A DNA stretch of 61,937 bases from an uncultured virus (IMG/VR IMGVR_UViG_3300020469_000015) (Duplodnaviria; Heunggongvirae; Uroviricota; Caudoviricetes), in the IMG/VR virus record IMGVR_UViG_3300020469_000015. One strand, 5' to 3'. This document shows positions 29,724-39,263 of the stretch, piece after piece. Under the pieces are notes generated by a model, which did no database searches, was not told the origin of the DNA, and saw nothing but the letters and a program-made list of their open reading frames with translations. Both the position numbers and the translations under genes were made by a program. Every line of letters begins with the position of its first letter. The first letter of the stretch is position 1.

Positions 29724-31610
29724 TTATTTAATTTTCGCTTGCAATTCTTTAATCGCTTGCAATAGTAAAGCAGTTAATCTGTCATACTTGATTGCTTTAA
29801 TACCGTCTTGTCTAGTACCTACAATCTCAGGTAAAACTGCCTCAACTTCTTGTGCAATTAAACCTACATCACGTTTTCTCATAAAGTATCCGTCTTCGCC
29901 GCCTTTACTTTCTATATAGTCATCTTTCCAATCAAAGAAAACTCCTCTTATTTTATCTACCATATCTAAGGCAGATGGTATTTCTACAATATTTTCCTTC
30001 AATGATACATCTGAACTATAAAAGGCAGTTATATCATTTGTTGCTCTCAACTCTCCAGCAGTACCAGAGGCAGCAGTATTCAGTCCTAAACTATCTAGTT
30101 GAACATCATTACCATCAGTTGTATTAGAAACAACAACTGTACCTGCTTGAGTTGGTAATGTAATATCAATATCACCTGTTGAAGCAGGACCTAAAAGTGT
30201 TACAGCGTTTGAACCGTTATCACTATCCTCAAAGAACTTAACAAAACCGGCACCAGTAGCACCATTTTTTGTTTCTAGTCCAGTAGAAGCAGTAATTGTT
30301 GTTGCACTTAATGTACCTGCACCTGCAACGTTAGCACCACTAAATGTTAATGCTGTTGTAGTACCTGATTTAAGTATTAAGTTGCCTGAAGTATTTGTAG
30401 CACTACCAAAAGTAGTACCATCATCTTTAAAGAACACATCACCGCCATCAGCGTCTAATACAATATCAGTTGTAGCGTTAAGTGTTATAGTTGAACCTGA
30501 AGTAGCTTCAACGATTACTGGAGTTGTAAGTGTTTTGTTCGTTAATGTTTCAGTTGCTGTAATCAAAGAAACTGTACCAGTTAAATCTGGTAATGTAATT
30601 GTTCTATCAGCAGTAGCGTCTGTTACTGCAATTGTAGTTTCAAAACTGTTTGCTGTGTTACCTTCAAATACAAGTGGACTTGCACCTGTTAATGTACCTA
30701 CTGTTGTAATATCAGAAAAATTACCTGTTGTTAAAACAGTACCAGAAACATTTGGAAAGTTTATTGTTCTATCTGCTGTTGGGTCAACAACACTTACAGT
30801 TGTTTCAAAACTGTCTGCTGTACTACCTTCAAATACAAATGAACCTCTTTGGTCAGTTGCACCTGTAAATATAGGTGTTGTAAGAACTGGTGATGTTAAA
30901 GTTTTATTTGTTAAAGTTTCTGTTGCACTCGTTAATGATACTGTACCTGTTAAGTTTGGTAAAGTAATTGTTCTATCTGCTGTTGGGTCAGTTGCTGTTA
31001 ATGTTGTTTCAAAACTATCAGCACTTGAACCTTCAAATATAAATCCAGTTTGTAAATTAACAGTAGATGAATCCACAGTTGTTGTAGTACCTGATACAGT
31101 TAAGTTACCTGCAACAGTAACATTGGCACCATTTAATGATAATGCTGTTGTAGCACTTGAACTTGATTTAATTAATAATTGACCTGCATTGTTTGTTAAT
31201 CTACCAAATTCAGTACCGTCATCTTTTAAAATTATATCTCCGCCACCAGCGTCTATATTAATATCTGCTGAAGCGTCTAATGTAAATGTACCGGCAGTAA
31301 TTGTATCTATTGCTGGACTAGTAAATAAATTAGCAATAGTCATTTCTTTTAATGCACTTGCTGAAGTATCTCTAATAACTATACTATCACCAGTTGCTGG
31401 AGCGGCACCTAAATCTGTTTGTGTTGCAACAAATGAAGCATTAAAAGGTGATACTTCACTCTCTAACTCGTTCATCGCCGCTACAAGATTACTTGCACTT
31501 ATAGATGAACTAAGTTGGTCTATATCTCCAAAGTCTGTCGCTGATAGAGTATTAAAAGTTGTTCTTAATTGTTCTATCGTTGCCGTTGCTGCTACTTGTC
31601 TTGCTGCCAT
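29724..31610 (-). CDS. Tail fibre with C-terminal peptidase S74 chaperone
   Basis: N-terminal T.EQLRTTFN anchor; three FEG...SFETT modules; FYSSDVSLKENI...GLIAQEVEAVLPEIV. Confidence 0.9.
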   Translation of the reverse strand: MAARQVAATATIEQLRTTFNTLSATDFGDIDQLSSSISASNLVAAMNELESEVSPFNASFVATQTDLGAAPATGDSIVIRDTSASALKEMTIANLFTSPAIDTITAGTFTLDASADINIDAGGGDIILKDDGTEFGRLTNNAGQLLIKSSSSATTALSLNGANVTVAGNLTVSGTTTTVDSSTVNLQTGFIFEGSSADSFETTLTATDPTADRTITLPNLTGTVSLTSATETLTNKTLTSPVLTTPIFTGATDQRGSFVFEGSTADSFETTVSVVDPTADRTINFPNVSGTVLTTGNFSDITTVGTLTGASPLVFEGNTANSFETTIAVTDATADRTITLPDLTGTVSLITATETLTNKTLTTPVIVEATSGSTITLNATTDIVLDADGGDVFFKDDGTTFGSATNTSGNLILKSGTTTALTFSGANVAGAGTLSATTITASTGLETKNGATGAGFVKFFEDSDNGSNAVTLLGPASTGDIDITLPTQAGTVVVSNTTDGNDVQLDSLGLNTAASGTAGELRATNDITAFYSSDVSLKENIVEIPSALDMVDKIRGVFFDWKDDYIESKGGEDGYFMRKRDVGLIAQEVEAVLPEIVGTRQDGIKAIKYDRLTALLLQAIKELQAKIK

Positions 31611-31611
31611 A

Positions 31612-31830
31612 TTATTTTACCAGTTTTAATAAAAGTCCTTTTATTTCAGACATTTCTTGTTTTAAATTATTTATATCTCTTACCGCATTTCTTAAATCAT
31701 TACTAGATTGTCTTGCTTCTCTAATACGTCTTACATGTATTTGATAAGCATTCTTATCAGTATTTATTATACCATTAGAACTTGTATCTCTTACAATATG
31801 TTGATGACCTTCTACTTTTAAATATGTCAT
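31612..31830 (-). CDS. Small coiled-coil protein following the VrlC-like gene
   Basis: YLKVEGH..IVRD..S.GIINTD...Y...IN.LKQEMSEIK.LL. Confidence 0.75.
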   Translation of the reverse strand: MTYLKVEGHQHIVRDTSSNGIINTDKNAYQIHVRRIREARQSSNDLRNAVRDINNLKQEMSEIKGLLLKLVK

Positions 31831-31831
31831 A

Positions 31832-34800
31832 TTATACTGCTAAAGCAATCGCTCTCATATCTGTTAGACGAGGAGGATATGCTGGGTTAGTTCCTTTCAT
31901 AACTATTTTAATTTTAAATGTTGCAAACTCATTAATACCTTCTTCACTAAACTCAAAGTCAGAAAAATCTTCTTTGAAGTTTGCATTGTATGGTGATTGA
32001 CTTCTACCTTCAGCACTTACTGCTGTATTAGATTGTGTCATTTGTACATAAGGTATATCTTTCATTTCTCTATCATCACCTTCAAACTTAACTTTTCTAA
32101 AAACTTCAATTGAAGATGTTGGGAAAACACTAGCAGCTATTCTAATATCTAATGCTGTTGCTGGGTTTTCTAAAGAAATTTCTCTTGTAATATATTTAGC
32201 AGCCGCACTACCACCAGTTGGGTCTGTTTCTGCAACAAATCCTGTTCTATTACTAGAAGTTGGATTATCTAATCTGTTATGTGTACAGAAAATATTTGTT
32301 CTTGCTAAGTCAATCACAGGAGATATATTAGCATTTGAAGTATTTAATACAATATCATAGAATAAAGATTTTGTACTTGATAAGTGAGTTGTTTCGTTTA
32401 TAGAACTAGCAACTGCTCTTGCACTTGTAAAGTAAAAGTTTTCATTTGGTACAATATTTGTAAATGCACTATCAGTTGAATATGACGCTTCTGTACCATC
32501 TATTGATGTTGCTGAAGTAGTTTTAATTTTGTGTTCAGTAGTAGTATCTGGGAAATTCATCATACCAATTTTAGGCATAACACTTTCAAATGTTCTATCT
32601 TGTGTTGCAACTATAGTTGAACCACCAACACTACCAGTTGATGTTGCTGTATCACCAGTTAATGTAATTGTATAACTGTCCTCAGTTGCATTAGCAATAT
32701 CATGTGTACCATTAATTACACTACCTTGAATACCATTATAGTCAGTTGAACCACCAAGACCAGAGATTGTAACCTTACTTGGTTTATTATCATTCATGCC
32801 GTGATGTTGATGATTGATTTTAATTATCGCTGGGTTGCCACCAAATGTTGTACCTGAACCGGCAGTAGCATTTGTTTCAATAGCATTGTTATCAAGTGTC
32901 TTAGTTTCAATATCATCATTCGTTAGTGACAATGTACCGTTTGTAGTTGTATCAAATGCAGCTTTGTATAAAGTAATTTTTAAATCTTCCATTTGGTCTT
33001 CTGTCCACAGTTTTGCATTTTGAGAACGGAATAAAGAACCAAATAAAGGTTGTTGTGTTACTCGTCTTGTACCACCAACGTCTGTATCACCTAATCTACT
33101 TACCCATGCTTTATACTTTTGACTGTTAGGTTTTAATATGATTGCATATTCTTTACCACCTTGTAAAAATACAGGAGATGGGAATGTTACTGTAGTTGCT
33201 GTCGAAGCAGTTGCACTTGTAAGAACTTGACTTGATTGAAGCGTAACCTCTGAGAAAGGAAGTATTCTTTGACCAGGTCTACTATTAATAGTTTCTACTA
33301 GATAAACTTTAATTGGAACTGTATCATCTTTTTCTTCAAAATATACATCAACTTTAGATAAGAATACACCACTAGGTTCTTCAACACTAAATGTTTGTGC
33401 TAATGGATCTGGATTTTCACTAACTGACGTTTGTGTTATACCAAAAGTATCTGTTGTTCTTCTTGTATCTTGTTCACTTACAGTTTGTCTACCAATAATT
33501 GGTACTCTAGTTGACTGTACTGTTTCTTGTGTCGTTGTTTGTAAACCACGAGCAGTATATGTACCTTGAGCAAAAGTATCAACAGAATCCTCATCTGTTG
33601 CATTTGTTGACGAACTTGTTAATCTGAATATTCTATCACCTGTTCTAAATCTTTCACTTGCTGTATTTGGTATTGTAAATGTTCCTTCAATTGTACCTGT
33701 CGTACCAGTAACTAAGTTACCACCTAATACACCACCAGATGGTGTTACATGTGTTGATACATTTACATTATCAAAGAAAGGATAAACTCTTGTGTTTGGT
33801 TTTAATCTTGTACCTGTGAATGTAATTGTTTGAGAACGAATAAAAGGTATGAACGCAACATCAACAATTCTTTCACCAAAAGATTGTCTTACAACATTTG
33901 AACCTGAAATTTCTCTAGTAATACCTGTTCTACTTCTTGTTGTAATATCTCCACCTACTGTAGTAGTAGTTGTATTAATATTTCCACCTTCTCGTCTTGC
34001 TATTGAAGTTGTATTTGCCCAACGACCAGACCAGTTAGTTTGCCAGTTATTCCAAACTGTACCTAAATTGTTATTTGTTCCTGCAAGATTAGTCATTGTA
34101 TCAAATAAGTTATTATCGTTTACAATTAAATCAGGTCTTCTAGTTGTATCGTACCATTCATCAACATCTGGTGTTAATGCGACATCACCTTGATATTGAA
34201 ATACTAAGAATGGATTACAGTTAACTGATTTAGTTGCATAAGGATTTTCAGTTAACTTAGAATGTGTATATGGTAAAGTTATTAAGTCACCTGTTTTTTG
34301 ATAACCAGCAGTTGTTCTTTCTGCGTCTGTATCATTTGCGGCTAACTCAACAAGTTTTACAATGTTTGTATTATGTTCTGGTCTTAACTCACCTTCTGAC
34401 ATATCAACTGAACATCTGTATTCACTTGATAAAGTGTCACCAACATTATGACCTTTGAAACTATCTACTACAATACCATTTTTAAATCTATCTAAACCTG
34501 TAGCTGCGTCTTGTATTTGTGTATTAACTGCTTGTTGTTCTAGTAGAGATAACTGAGTATAGTATTCTATATTTTTAATTCTTTGTTCTAACTTACCAAT
34601 GTCTCTCATTGTATATCTTCTATTATCAACTACTGTTATTGCTACATCATCTGTAGAGAAAGTGTATGGTGGTAAAGTTAGATAATATAAAGGCATTGCG
34701 TCATCAATAGGTTCTGCTCTTTGAGGATCAATTGCTGAAGTACCTTTTGCTTGTTTAAATAGACCGTCTGTAGTTACAAAGATACCATCTATTCTACTTA

Positions 34801-37800
34801 AATAAAATTCAAAGTCTAGTGTTGCGTCTGAACTAGGTTTTGGCATATCAACTGTTGAAGCACCGCCTCCAGTATAATTTTTTGCACCAATACTATCTAC
34901 ATTACCATAACCTACAACTTCACTATTGTCCGCTACTCTAGGTCTAAAGTCTAATGCGTCTCTTAATTGTATTTTACCTTTTGTTGGACTTTCAAAAGAA
35001 GGAATGTTTTCATAATCTACAACACCAGCATAACTATCTACTGAGAAGTAGTTACCTGTACCGTGTGTAAAGAAACTAAATGTAATTAGTAATCTACCAG
35101 TTGGTAATTGAGCACCGTCTTTTCTTACTATTCTAGCAATGTCATAGAAACTATCTCTTTGTCCTGTGTCTAGTGTAAATCTATCTGTAATATCTGTATG
35201 ACTTGTTGTTGCTGCCGTACTAAAGTCTGGTGCCATGAATACACTTGTTAAAGCAAATGCGTCTGCTTTACCTAAACTGATTGTTCTTTCTTCAGCTAAT
35301 GCTTGTGTAGAAACTGTTTGTGTTTGGTCTGAAACTAATGCTTTTGTTTTTTCACCTGCAACTGATTTAGTTATTGTTGCAATTAATTTAACTTTAGCAG
35401 TTGCATAGTTAGCACCTAAATCTATTTGTACTTGACGACCTGATGGACTACCAGTTAATGAGAATACGGCGTCACCTTCATGGTTGTTGCCTGATAAACT
35501 CACTATATCACCTATAGCACCTGCACTTGCACCGGCAGTCATTATTGATAATGTGTAATCTGCTTCTGAGTGTGCGTCAAATGTTTCGTTTGCACCAGCA
35601 GAGAATGTAGCAACACCAGATGATGATAAAGTTTCAACAAATTGTCTTCTAACTTTATGACTTGTATCTGTGATACCTGCATTGTCTGTAGTCTTTAATG
35701 TTTTGATAACATTCTCAGGTAATTTATATACTAGAGAACTAGTATTAATGTTTTGTAATTTTGTTCTTCTTCTTTGTGTTGACGCTGATGTTACAGCAAC
35801 TGTTACTGTCGCCGTTAATGTTAATGATTTATTATTTGCAATCGCACCAACAAATCTACTTTGTTGATTACCATTGTTATCTTCAAACACAATGTTGTCG
35901 CCAACTTTTAAGTCTGAATTAAATTCTGTGTTGTTACCTTTTACTACATTTGAGTTTGCGTCTATATTAATTAGTCCGCCTATAGTTACATTACTTTCAT
36001 CTTTTTCATTTGCAGCTGTAGTTGTTAATACTGTATCAGCAGTAAAGTTTGGCGAACCAGTCATACCAACTGACTTAACTTGTGCAAAATCAAATTCAGT
36101 TACACCTTTTCTTTCTGGTGTGTTTGATATTACTACGCCACTATTTGAACTTTCGTCTGTTATAGTTTCACCAGTTGCAAAAGAACCTGATACATTACTT
36201 AATACAACTGTTGTAAATACAGATTGTTCTAAAATTAAATCGTCACCATCTGTTTCATCAACAAGGTTAAATCCGTCCTCAGTTATAAACTGGTCAGGAT
36301 CCGTTGATGTATTAGATGATATTGCCTCTACAACACCAGTTGCACCTGAAGTAGAACCTGTTAGAGTTTCACCTGTATCAAACTCAACTGAACTTGTAAC
36401 ACCAATGTGTGTAAACATATCAACATTAAATAAACCTAATTTATAAATTGAAGATGTGTTTGTTAATGTTGCACCAGCAGTACCTGATTTGTATTCAAAG
36501 TATCTAGGTTTTGCTCTACCAATTTGTTCTACATCAACATTGGTTGTAGATAGGTTTGTGCCTCTGGTAGCATTTGCATTTTTAAATAATTGTAATTCTT
36601 TAAACGCTTCTGTTTCTCCTGAAACTGTCCCTATATCTGGCGTACCATGTACATTTGTTACATCAACAAAATTACCTATTGCTAATCTTGTAGTAGAGTT
36701 TTGTATTGTATCAAAGTCTCTTGCTTTTTCTACTGTAACAAATTTTTGTCCTGTTGTTTCTATTTCGTAACCTTGAACATATGCTTTACCAGGAGATAAA
36801 CCAATTGCTAATCTAGCTTCTGAGTTAGCTGTGCTTAATCCATTATATAAACTTGAACCATCAGCAGAATATATACCACGATTTGATCCGTCATTTTTAT
36901 GTTCTCTTACATCTATGTCAAATGATTTAGTAACATAATCACCACTTTCATCTGCCGTTCTTCTTGCTAATGTTTCTTCTAGTATATTGTAATCTGTTCT
37001 TTGTACAATTGTTTCAATGTTACCTGATCCTGTTCTTAGTAACTCTACAAAGTTTTCATCATCTGTTTCAGTTGTAAGTTTTTTAACTAATGTTAATGAT
37101 GTTTTAAATCTGTGAGCACCTGGAGCATTTACATTTGATGAACCGGCTGCGTTATCATTTAACGAACTATCGTCTGACGGTGTAACAAAACTTTCTGTTA
37201 CATTGAAACCAACTCTATATGTTGGTGTGTTTGAATATGGGTCTAGTATTAAAGTCTGTTCAGTATTTGCAACAAAGAAACCATTAATGAAATATACACC
37301 TGCTTGAACATTTACTGAACTAGCAAAACCAGTTGCGTTACTATCTGTTGGTAACGAAGTACCTGAGGTACCTACAACTGCTGTTGAAGATATGCTATTG
37401 TATGTAAATGTTAAAGTTTCTCCCTCAGTAAATCTTTTCGTTGCATTGTCTGTACCTGAGGCAGTATATAAAACATAGACTGTTGCAGCTGCTGTTGATG
37501 TTGCTTCAGTTGTGTTTACAACTGTTGCTGTAATACCTGAAGTAGAACCTGTTACAATTAAATCTTGTAAGTTAGAAACTGTTGAAGTAGAATGACTTGC
37601 TAATTTAACATATTCGTATTTTGTGTTAAGTGCTATCTCACCTGGTATTACCATACTACCATCTTTGAACATATGTTCACCAAATCTTTCAATTTGGTTT
37701 TGTAAGATAGTTTGTAGTTGTGTTAACTCTCTTGCTTGAACTGCAAAAGCAGGACGAAATAATATTCTATGAAAATTCTTTGCTTCTGAAAAGTCATCAA

Positions 37801-37831
37801 AGTAAGGAGAGACGTTAAAATTTGTTGCCAT
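31832..37831 (-). CDS. Large baseplate/virion structural protein (VrlC-like, DUF4815-like)
   Basis: NFNVSPYFDDF...KNFHRILFRP...VQARELTQLQTILQNQIE.FG, APGAHR, RRYTMRDIG.LE.RI..IEYYT.LSLLE, DPLAQTF; follows gp8. Confidence 0.9.
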   Translation of the reverse strand: MATNFNVSPYFDDFSEAKNFHRILFRPAFAVQARELTQLQTILQNQIERFGEHMFKDGSMVIPGEIALNTKYEYVKLASHSTSTVSNLQDLIVTGSTSGITATVVNTTEATSTAAATVYVLYTASGTDNATKRFTEGETLTFTYNSISSTAVVGTSGTSLPTDSNATGFASSVNVQAGVYFINGFFVANTEQTLILDPYSNTPTYRVGFNVTESFVTPSDDSSLNDNAAGSSNVNAPGAHRFKTSLTLVKKLTTETDDENFVELLRTGSGNIETIVQRTDYNILEETLARRTADESGDYVTKSFDIDVREHKNDGSNRGIYSADGSSLYNGLSTANSEARLAIGLSPGKAYVQGYEIETTGQKFVTVEKARDFDTIQNSTTRLAIGNFVDVTNVHGTPDIGTVSGETEAFKELQLFKNANATRGTNLSTTNVDVEQIGRAKPRYFEYKSGTAGATLTNTSSIYKLGLFNVDMFTHIGVTSSVEFDTGETLTGSTSGATGVVEAISSNTSTDPDQFITEDGFNLVDETDGDDLILEQSVFTTVVLSNVSGSFATGETITDESSNSGVVISNTPERKGVTEFDFAQVKSVGMTGSPNFTADTVLTTTAANEKDESNVTIGGLINIDANSNVVKGNNTEFNSDLKVGDNIVFEDNNGNQQSRFVGAIANNKSLTLTATVTVAVTSASTQRRRTKLQNINTSSLVYKLPENVIKTLKTTDNAGITDTSHKVRRQFVETLSSSGVATFSAGANETFDAHSEADYTLSIMTAGASAGAIGDIVSLSGNNHEGDAVFSLTGSPSGRQVQIDLGANYATAKVKLIATITKSVAGEKTKALVSDQTQTVSTQALAEERTISLGKADAFALTSVFMAPDFSTAATTSHTDITDRFTLDTGQRDSFYDIARIVRKDGAQLPTGRLLITFSFFTHGTGNYFSVDSYAGVVDYENIPSFESPTKGKIQLRDALDFRPRVADNSEVVGYGNVDSIGAKNYTGGGASTVDMPKPSSDATLDFEFYLSRIDGIFVTTDGLFKQAKGTSAIDPQRAEPIDDAMPLYYLTLPPYTFSTDDVAITVVDNRRYTMRDIGKLEQRIKNIEYYTQLSLLEQQAVNTQIQDAATGLDRFKNGIVVDSFKGHNVGDTLSSEYRCSVDMSEGELRPEHNTNIVKLVELAANDTDAERTTAGYQKTGDLITLPYTHSKLTENPYATKSVNCNPFLVFQYQGDVALTPDVDEWYDTTRRPDLIVNDNNLFDTMTNLAGTNNNLGTVWNNWQTNWSGRWANTTSIARREGGNINTTTTTVGGDITTRSRTGITREISGSNVVRQSFGERIVDVAFIPFIRSQTITFTGTRLKPNTRVYPFFDNVNVSTHVTPSGGVLGGNLVTGTTGTIEGTFTIPNTASERFRTGDRIFRLTSSSTNATDEDSVDTFAQGTYTARGLQTTTQETVQSTRVPIIGRQTVSEQDTRRTTDTFGITQTSVSENPDPLAQTFSVEEPSGVFLSKVDVYFEEKDDTVPIKVYLVETINSRPGQRILPFSEVTLQSSQVLTSATASTATTVTFPSPVFLQGGKEYAIILKPNSQKYKAWVSRLGDTDVGGTRRVTQQPLFGSLFRSQNAKLWTEDQMEDLKITLYKAAFDTTTNGTLSLTNDDIETKTLDNNAIETNATAGSGTTFGGNPAIIKINHQHHGMNDNKPSKVTISGLGGSTDYNGIQGSVINGTHDIANATEDSYTITLTGDTATSTGSVGGSTIVATQDRTFESVMPKIGMMNFPDTTTEHKIKTTSATSIDGTEASYSTDSAFTNIVPNENFYFTSARAVASSINETTHLSSTKSLFYDIVLNTSNANISPVIDLARTNIFCTHNRLDNPTSSNRTGFVAETDPTGGSAAAKYITREISLENPATALDIRIAASVFPTSSIEVFRKVKFEGDDREMKDIPYVQMTQSNTAVSAEGRSQSPYNANFKEDFSDFEFSEEGINEFATFKIKIVMKGTNPAYPPRLTDMRAIALAV

Positions 37832-37840
37832 TTAAATCTC

Positions 37841-39229
37841 CTAAAACTCTACTATTAACTTTACATTCTCCGTTTGGTCTGAAGCACGACTAATAGGTTT
37901 TCTGTTTTCTATGTACAGAATATCACCTGTATCTGCCGTTAATTCAGGAGTAACGTCATGTGAACTTGGCGTACCTGTTGCACTTGAAGTACCGCCTGTT
38001 ACTGTATTCGTTCCAGAGAAAGCCGTTGCGTTTTGGTTTGTATCAATACCTTGGTTTGCAAACTGTGGTTGTATGTATCTTAAAACTTTTGTTGTAGAAT
38101 TAAAGTCAACTACAAACCCTACAGCACCTGTACTTGCTTGTGTAATCTTTTCATCTGCTTGAAAACTACCTGGCGTGCCAGAGAAAGTAATTGATTTAGT
38201 TGCGTCAAGTGTTGAAGCAGTTGCTGTTGCACCTGTTGTACTATCAGTTGGGTTTCTTAATAATGCAATTCTTCTAAAATCATTTGATGTATTGAACTCG
38301 CCACTTTCACTAGTTGCAAAGTCAACATTCATCATTACAAAGAATCCACCTAACTCAGCAATAATATCTGTTGCATGTCCGCCTGGAGGTGAAATTATAA
38401 AATCTAAATCTGCACCTGATACGTTACCAATATCACTTGCTTTAACAGAAGCGTATGTATAACCAGACCCAGCAGTTGTAATTGTTACACTTGTTACAGC
38501 ATTTGATCCTACAACTACTGTACATTTACCACTTGAACCATCACCACGAATATCAACGTTAGTATATGTACCATTAGTACCTGATGACCCACCTGCCGTT
38601 ACTTTAGCATGTTCTATTGCACCAGCAGTAGTTGAGTAGTCTGTACTTTCAGTTGAACAATGAATAAAATCTGTTGACATGAAGTTTGCTTGCTCAGAAG
38701 CAGTTAGTGTGTACATGTATTTCCATTTGTAACTATCTCCAGTTGAGAACACACTAGTTGTTTTATTACCAGATGGTTCTACTGTAGAAGCACTATCACC
38801 ATTATTGTCTATAACTTTGTAAACATCAAAGGTACTATTCATTACATAAAAAGTTGCGTCATGTAAAGTTGTTGCACCTGAATTAGCAGCAATTGCTGAA
38901 CCAGCGGAGTTTATTTCTCCATAATCATGTCTGTAATAGTCGTAAGTTGTACCAGTTGTCCAGTTTCTTCTTGGTATTACTGCTGATACATTTGAACTTG
39001 TAATCTTCTTTGCACTCATTAAATCATCATAAACATAGTAATCTACACTACCTACACTATCAACTGGTGTTGGAGGTGATGTATCTGTACCATCATTGAA
39101 TGCTTGGTCATTGGCAAACGCTTGTGGTCTACCTATTGCAAGATAATAAGTATCTGCACTCTCGCCAAAACTCTCGCTAAACTGGTTAGCATTTTGTATT
39201 CTGAAATCTTTTGTTATTATTGCTGGCAT
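37841..39229 (-). CDS. gp8: Baseplate wedge subunit
   Basis: MPAIIT..FRI.NA, YLAIGRPQ, IPRRNW..G..YD.Y, FYVMN..F.VYK.I.N, YKWKYMY, GDILYIENR.PI.R..DQ.E.VKLIVEF. Confidence 0.93.
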   Translation of the reverse strand: MPAIITKDFRIQNANQFSESFGESADTYYLAIGRPQAFANDQAFNDGTDTSPPTPVDSVGSVDYYVYDDLMSAKKITSSNVSAVIPRRNWTTGTTYDYYRHDYGEINSAGSAIAANSGATTLHDATFYVMNSTFDVYKVIDNNGDSASTVEPSGNKTTSVFSTGDSYKWKYMYTLTASEQANFMSTDFIHCSTESTDYSTTAGAIEHAKVTAGGSSGTNGTYTNVDIRGDGSSGKCTVVVGSNAVTSVTITTAGSGYTYASVKASDIGNVSGADLDFIISPPGGHATDIIAELGGFFVMMNVDFATSESGEFNTSNDFRRIALLRNPTDSTTGATATASTLDATKSITFSGTPGSFQADEKITQASTGAVGFVVDFNSTTKVLRYIQPQFANQGIDTNQNATAFSGTNTVTGGTSSATGTPSSHDVTPELTADTGDILYIENRKPISRASDQTENVKLIVEF

Positions 39230-39263
39230 TTTTTCTCCGTCATAAACTATTTATACGCTCAGT

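Noticed and set aside
20835..31610. Diversity-generating retroelement suggested by the Mtd-N-like domain and duplicated fibre C-termini
   Set aside because: No reverse transcriptase in the window; both copies are coding, and differences are mostly synonymous rather than adenine-specific
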